A stretch of DNA of 32,271 bases. Origin: a virus. The notes beneath the pieces are model-generated. The model made no database searches and was not told the DNA's origin. It was given only the letters and a program-made list of their open reading frames with translations. The position numbers were made by a program, and so were the translations under genes. The DNA lies in the IMG/VR virus record IMGVR_UViG_3300008120_000271; one strand, written 5' to 3'. Shown here one piece after another: positions 27,876 to 32,271 of the stretch. Position 1 is the first letter of the stretch; each line of letters opens with the position of its first letter.

Positions 27876-28489
27876 TGGCTGGTGTGTTTAGCGAGATTAT
27901 TACTACAGGTGTACGCTCGGGGCAGATCCCATCGCGTACAAACGATGCGCGTGAATGGTATAGAAATACCGCACGCGATTACGGTAACACCACCGGTCGC
28001 ATTAACGAAAGACGTTTCGTTAATTCTGATCCAGGAAGGTTGAAAGTAGAGCCTAGACCAGGCAATATGTACATGTATCTTTATGATCCTAAGACCAAAG
28101 ATACGTTGCCATATTATGACCGCTTTCCTTTAATTTTTCCTTTTCGTATAGAGTCAGATAGATTCTGGGGCATCAACTTTCACTATCTTCCTCTTCCGTA
28201 TAGAGCAATGTTAATGGATCAGCTCTATGATACCGCTAATAATAGACGCTATGATGAGTCTACAAAGCTGAGAATTAATTATCAGATTCTCAACTCAGCT
28301 TCGAAGTTTCGCTATTTCAAGCCTTGTGTTAAGCAGTATCTTTTCAGTCAAATGCAATCTAAGTTTGTTTATATTTACCCATCTGAATGGGACATCGCTC
28401 TATTCTTACCTCTTGAGCGCTTTAGTAAAGCATCTAAGACAGAAGTTTGGGCTCAGACAAGAAAACAAGTAATGAGTAACGGCAGATGA
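27875..28489 (+). CDS. Conserved-looking phage structural/assembly protein, function uncertain
   Basis: 204 codons using the internal ATG at 27875, which overlaps the upstream stop (TAATG). The ORF track begins earlier at 27791. Motif 'YLYDPKTKDTLPYYDRFPLIFPFRIESDRFWGINFHYLPLPYRAMLMDQLYD'. Confidence 0.75.
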   Translation: MAGVFSEIITTGVRSGQIPSRTNDAREWYRNTARDYGNTTGRINERRFVNSDPGRLKVEPRPGNMYMYLYDPKTKDTLPYYDRFPLIFPFRIESDRFWGINFHYLPLPYRAMLMDQLYDTANNRRYDESTKLRINYQILNSASKFRYFKPCVKQYLFSQMQSKFVYIYPSEWDIALFLPLERFSKASKTEVWAQTRKQVMSNGR

Positions 28490-29124
28490 GAAATATAAGA
28501 GATTTCACTAGCAGTATTAATAATAGAGGCGTTCTCAAGAACAACAAATATATTGCAACCATTGCACTTGGCCCTGATCACTATCTATCGCGCCGAACTG
28601 CAGGCAATACAAATTCGGATGTTGAGTTATTCTCTATACGCTGCGATAGTGTACAGCTACCCGGTGTCTCGATCGCGTCTGCAGATGGTCCCCCAAGACT
28701 AGGTTATGGTCCGATTCAGAAACATCCTTACAATGTTAACTTCGAAGATATTAGTCTTACATTTATTGTAGATGCTAATTCACGTATTCATCGACTGCTT
28801 TATGATTGGGTTAACTGCATTGTTAACATTAAAGGTTTCGGTGGCAATACTCTAAGAGGTAATACTAATAATATTGCCGGAAAGAACTGGGCCGCTTATG
28901 AGGTAGGTTATAAACAAAACTTTAGCGCTACATTAGAAGTAGCGGTCTATAAAGACAGCGGGGTCGACGGTAATCACGAAAAGACTATGACCGTGACTGC
29001 CTATAATGCTTTTCCGATGGCCTTCCCAGCTGTCGGTCTTAATTGGAATGAAGGCGATATATTGAGACTTAATGTACCCTTCTCATATACAGATTACAAA
29101 ATTGATTATCCGGGTAATAATTAA
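28486..29124 (+). CDS. Tail tube / tube initiator family protein (gp54/gp19-like)
   Basis: 212-aa ORF with 'FSIRCDSVQLPGVSI', 'DISLTFIVDANSRIHRLLYDWVNCIV' and 'TMTVTAYNAFPMAFPAVGLNWNEGDILRLNVPFSYTDYKI', the tube-protein pattern. Confidence 0.65.
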   Translation: MRNIRDFTSSINNRGVLKNNKYIATIALGPDHYLSRRTAGNTNSDVELFSIRCDSVQLPGVSIASADGPPRLGYGPIQKHPYNVNFEDISLTFIVDANSRIHRLLYDWVNCIVNIKGFGGNTLRGNTNNIAGKNWAAYEVGYKQNFSATLEVAVYKDSGVDGNHEKTMTVTAYNAFPMAFPAVGLNWNEGDILRLNVPFSYTDYKIDYPGNN

Positions 29125-29139
29125 AGAATGGAGTAAATA

Positions 29140-29850
29140 ATGACACTACCTAAAATTGATAAACCTCTTTTTGAATTGAATATCCCGTCCCAGAATAAGG
29201 TATATAAATTTAGACCTTTCACTGTAAAGGAAGAAAAGATTCTTCTTGTGGCGCAGCAGGATGGAAATGAAAAATCTATTATTTTAGCTATCAAGCAAGT
29301 TATTAATAACTGCTGTCAAGAAGCTTCTTTTGATGTCGATAAGCTAGCTACGTTTGATCTTGAATATCTCTTTCTCAAGCTAAGATCAAGATCGATTAAT
29401 AACGTAATTGAAGTATCCTATCGGGATATCGAAGATGACAAGGTTTATAATTTCGAAATCGATCTTGATGAAGTTGAAATTATAAAGAACGATAATATCT
29501 CTAATATTATTCCTATTACCGATGAAGTCGGTATTAAGATGAAGTATCCTTCGGTAACGATTATCGATGACGCTCCTACTGAAGCAACAGCAGGGGAAGT
29601 TGTTGAGTATCTCATTCGGAAGTGCATTGATTCTATTTACGATAAGGAAAATGTCTACCCGGCTGATGACTATGATGAAAAGGAACTTATCGAGTGGATT
29701 GACGGCCTGGATGTCGAAACATTCAATAAAATTCGTGCGTTCTTTGACAATCTACCGCAGATGTATTACAAGCTTGAATATGAAAATTCAATGGGTAATA
29801 AAAGAGAAATTGAACTCACAACGTTAAGTGATTTTTTTATCTTGGGCTGA
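29140..29850 (+). CDS. Baseplate hub assembly / tail chaperone, gp26/gp51-like (0-frame product)
   Basis: 236-aa ORF MTLPKIDKPLFELNIPSQNKVYKFRPFTVKEEKILLVAQQDGNEKSIILAIKQVINNCC... matches the T4 gp26/gp51 baseplate family. GGAG ribosome-binding site upstream. Confidence 0.8.
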   Translation: MTLPKIDKPLFELNIPSQNKVYKFRPFTVKEEKILLVAQQDGNEKSIILAIKQVINNCCQEASFDVDKLATFDLEYLFLKLRSRSINNVIEVSYRDIEDDKVYNFEIDLDEVEIIKNDNISNIIPITDEVGIKMKYPSVTIIDDAPTEATAGEVVEYLIRKCIDSIYDKENVYPADDYDEKELIEWIDGLDVETFNKIRAFFDNLPQMYYKLEYENSMGNKREIELTTLSDFFILG

Positions 29851-30020
29851 GTCACAATACACTAGCGAATTATTATACCACAATATTCGCTTTGGCTCAG
29901 CATCATAAGTATTCGATTGATGAAATTGAAGATCTAATACCTTATGAGCGTGACATCTATGTTGATATGCTAATTACGTTCTTAAACGATAAAAGAGAAC
30001 AAGAAGAAAAAGGGCGATAA
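29140..30020 (+). CDS. Predicted -1 transframe fusion of the gp26/gp51-like chaperone (about 293 aa)
   Basis: 0-frame codons 29140-29838 joined to -1 frame codons 29838-30017 plus TAA 30018-30020. The extension reads YLGLSHNTLANYYTTIFALAQHHKYSIDEIEDLIPYERDIYVDMLITFLNDKREQEEKGR with no internal stop. Confidence 0.75.
29832..29901 (+). promoter_or_regulatory. Programmed -1 ribosomal frameshift site: slippery heptamer plus downstream nested hairpin
   Basis: T TTT TTT at 29832-29838 in phase with the 0 frame (GAT TTT TTT ATC). 7-nt spacer. Outer 9-bp stem 29846-29854 (GCTGAGTCA) with 29893-29901 (TGGCTCAGC), one G-U pair. Inner perfect 7-bp stem 29864-29870 (AGCGAAT) with 29885-29891 (ATTCGCT). 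Confidence 0.78.
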
Positions 30021-30023
30021 TAG

Positions 30024-31757
30024 TTGGCAAAAGGACGCTTACCCAGTGTTGTCAGTCGTGCCAGAAAAATAGCTGGTAAGGGGTTCGCTCGCGACTTCGG
30101 TGAGCGCTTCTTACGAGGTGTTGGCTTGAATCCGGATGACTTCCGCTCTGGTGGCTTTGTCAAAGGTAGACTAGGGTTATTTGGTGAATCTATCACTAAA
30201 TCTATACCCGGTCAAGCAGGCCCTGGCCCTCAGCCCACTATTGAGCAACCACAACGTGTAGCCAACGAAAATAATCCATCAATCACTACAATTATAAAGC
30301 AGCTTGATACTCTGGTTAAGACTGCTAAGAAAGTCGGTATTCTCTCTAAAGAGCAGCAGGATGCTCTATTAGGCCAAATCGCTCAAGCTAGAAGATTGTC
30401 TAAAGAGCAGATACTTGAAAATAAACAACCACCCATACCAGTACCCACAGCTGCAGGAAGTGCTGCAGCACTTACGCCTCTTGGCGATATGATGGATGAT
30501 TTAAGACAGCAGATTGACAAGCTTACCGGTAAAGTTGCAGAGAAAAATCAAGAGCAGGATTCTAATAACCGCGGATTCACTGAACGCTTCTTTGATGCAT
30601 ATGGCTTTGGAGATGATTACAGACAAAGACGACGCAGAGGTCGCGCAAGAGCAGCACGTGCAATGCGTACGGCGCCACCTACAAGCTTTACCGTACGCGG
30701 TCAGCAATTAGAACTTAACAAGTCGGGTCGCTGGGTTGACGCTGCTACGAAACGCTACGCATCTCGCGAAGTTGCTGAAATAGCTACGCGCCGCTCTCAA
30801 CGAGCTGCAGCTAGTGCTGTTCGAGCTACTACAACATCTTCTGGTATAGCGCGTGCTATAGGAATGGGAGCTACGCGTTCTACAGCCCTAGCGCGTACAG
30901 CCGGTTCTAATGTTAAGTCTGTTGTTAGACGTGTTGCAGCGCCTATCGTTGCGAAAGGACTAGGTACCACTGCTCTTAAATCTATACCTATTATCGGTGG
31001 CATTGCAGCCGCTGGTTTCGCTGTAGACAGACTAGTTAAAGGCGACGTATTAGGCGCTGGTCTAGATTTAATGTCAGGTCTGGGCGGACCGTTAACGGCT
31101 ATTCCAGCTCTTATAGCTTCTACAGCGAGAGATGTATACTCAAGTGTGTACGGTGTGCAGCCTGAGAATGATCTTGCTTTTGCTAAAAGAATACCCGAGG
31201 TAACTGGTGCTGTAGAAAGTCTTGTAAAAGAGCAGATCAGCGGTAGTGTAGATGTAAAGTCTAAACCTACACAAGAAAAAATTGATCAGAAAATTGTTCC
31301 CCCGGTTCCTCCTCAAGCACCTGAGAGAATGTCAGCGCCTTCATTAGGCACACCCCTGACACCGCCATCCATAACCAGACCGGGTACACCTGGTACAAGT
31401 TCAAGTGCCGGAGCGGCAGCATCAGCTGATGCTGCTTCACCAGAAACGTCAGCCGCGGCTACGCCTGCTTCTGCAGAAACCAGCACACCAGCCGCTATAC
31501 CTTCACCAACGGCGCCGACAACCGGGACTGATATTTTAACGGCGACGACGCCACCCGTACCTCCCGTACAGGTACCTAGTCTTTATGGGTTTAATCAAGA
31601 ACTCGGCAGATTCTTACCGCAAGTTTCATCCACATCTAAGAACGGGCATGTCGGTATCGGTGTTGTCCCTGATCCTGATTATATACCGTCAGGCTATAAT
31701 AACTTACCTGTTCTATACAATGTAATGTTCTTTAACGTTAATTATCAGGAGCAATAA
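30024..31757 (+). CDS. Hub or tape-measure-like candidate, TTG start
   Basis: 577-aa ORF 3 nt after the -1 frame stop. Helical/Gln-Lys-rich N-terminal half, glycine-rich hydrophobic segments (IPIIGGIAAAGFAVDRLVKGDVLGAGLDLMSGLGGPLTAIPALIAS), Pro/Ala/Thr linker. Position and size are similar to T4 gp29. Confidence 0.6.
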   Translation: MAKGRLPSVVSRARKIAGKGFARDFGERFLRGVGLNPDDFRSGGFVKGRLGLFGESITKSIPGQAGPGPQPTIEQPQRVANENNPSITTIIKQLDTLVKTAKKVGILSKEQQDALLGQIAQARRLSKEQILENKQPPIPVPTAAGSAAALTPLGDMMDDLRQQIDKLTGKVAEKNQEQDSNNRGFTERFFDAYGFGDDYRQRRRRGRARAARAMRTAPPTSFTVRGQQLELNKSGRWVDAATKRYASREVAEIATRRSQRAAASAVRATTTSSGIARAIGMGATRSTALARTAGSNVKSVVRRVAAPIVAKGLGTTALKSIPIIGGIAAAGFAVDRLVKGDVLGAGLDLMSGLGGPLTAIPALIASTARDVYSSVYGVQPENDLAFAKRIPEVTGAVESLVKEQISGSVDVKSKPTQEKIDQKIVPPVPPQAPERMSAPSLGTPLTPPSITRPGTPGTSSSAGAAASADAASPETSAAATPASAETSTPAAIPSPTAPTTGTDILTATTPPVPPVQVPSLYGFNQELGRFLPQVSSTSKNGHVGIGVVPDPDYIPSGYNNLPVLYNVMFFNVNYQEQ

Positions 31758-31760
31758 TAA

Positions 31761-32271
31761 ATGGCTATTGCTCAAAATATTGACAATGATACGTTAAACA
31801 GTATTATAAAGAAATCATTTATAGGTATTGCACCAAAAGAAAACCAGGAAGTAATACCTGGCAAGTCTATTGTCAAAGTTTCTAACACTATAACATCTCT
31901 ACAAAATGCGTTTAATAGTATATACACATATACATTGAATGTTAAAAATATTCATAAAGTGCAGGAGAGAAGACTTCAAAATATTAAAAAAGAAGTCACA
32001 ATGGAGACAAAGACATCCACCACGCCTACTCTTGTAGGAGGGATGGATTTTGAGATTGGTAATTTACCCGATGTATTCAGACGCTTAACTACATCGGTTA
32101 AAGATCTTACACTGCAGCTTGATAATCTAGATATGTCAGGCAGCGCATGTGATACAGAAATTGATATCGATATTGATAGAAGACGCCGTAGAAGCCGTGG
32201 TACCGAATCTATTGAATCTATTGATGACGATGATGATAATGATAGTAGAAAGCGCAGGCGAAGAGGCGGCC
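31761..32271 (+). CDS. Partial ORF, unknown structural protein with charge-patterned segment (continues past the right edge)
   Basis: Manual translation from ATG 31761: MAIAQNIDNDTLNSIIKKSFIGIAPKENQEVIPGKSIVKVSNTITSLQNAFNSIYTYTLNVKNIHKVQERR... No stop to 32271. Not in the ORF track because it is open-ended. Confidence 0.75.
   Translation, partial: MAIAQNIDNDTLNSIIKKSFIGIAPKENQEVIPGKSIVKVSNTITSLQNAFNSIYTYTLNVKNIHKVQERRLQNIKKEVTMETKTSTTPTLVGGMDFEIGNLPDVFRRLTTSVKDLTLQLDNLDMSGSACDTEIDIDIDRRRRRSRGTESIESIDDDDDNDSRKRRRRGG

Noticed and set aside
29851-30023. Treating the gap after the gp26/gp51-like gene as a noncoding terminator or small RNA based on its hairpin
   Set aside because: The hairpin lacks a following U-tract, overlaps the 0-frame stop codon, sits 7 nt after an in-phase slippery heptamer, and lies in a fully open -1 frame, which fits a frameshift stimulator better.
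29445-31003. Minus-strand ORFs 29445..29627, 29957..30196, 30501..30707, 30797..31003 and plus-strand 29567..29827, 30514..30711
   Set aside because: Overlap well-supported coding sequence in other frames, with no independent signals.
1-32271. CRISPR array, tRNA/rRNA genes, transposase or integrase, toxin-antitoxin or defence cassette
   Set aside because: No direct-repeat/spacer architecture, no cloverleaf-like sequences noticed, and no mobile-element protein motifs. Almost all sequence is accounted for by overlapping structural genes. The repeats seen are coding (collagen-like or Asn/Ala-rich).

Overview
This window is a compact structural (tail/baseplate) module of a T4-like contractile-tailed phage. 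The host is not determinable from the window. One divergent intergenic region at about 27375-27431 splits it into two transcription units. The leftward unit (27374->1) encodes a small unknown protein, a gp48-like tube cap, gp53-like, gp27-like hub, gp5-like OB/spike without a lysozyme domain, a collagen/Ig-like baseplate-cluster protein, gp25, gp6, a large protein in the gp7 position, an enlarged gp8, a DUF4815-type protein, a second large structural protein, a tail-collar fibre, a small 4-Cys protein, a likely beta-helix protein, a small protein, and a collagen-like fibre running off the left edge. The rightward unit (27432->32271) encodes a gp4-like TnsA-type nuclease, an unknown conserved protein, a gp54/gp19-like tube protein, a gp26/gp51-like baseplate chaperone, a 577-aa hub or tape-measure candidate starting at TTG, and a partial charge-patterned ORF. 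The strongest observation is a candidate programmed -1 frameshift cassette at the end of the gp26/gp51-like gene. An in-frame T TTT TTT heptamer (29832-29838) is followed after a 7-nt spacer by a nested two-stem hairpin (29846-29901). Slippage bypasses the 0-frame TGA and enters a fully open 60-codon -1 frame ending exactly before the next gene, a layout like the lambda G/GT tail-chaperone arrangement. All family assignments come from protein motifs and gene order by eye. No database search was run.
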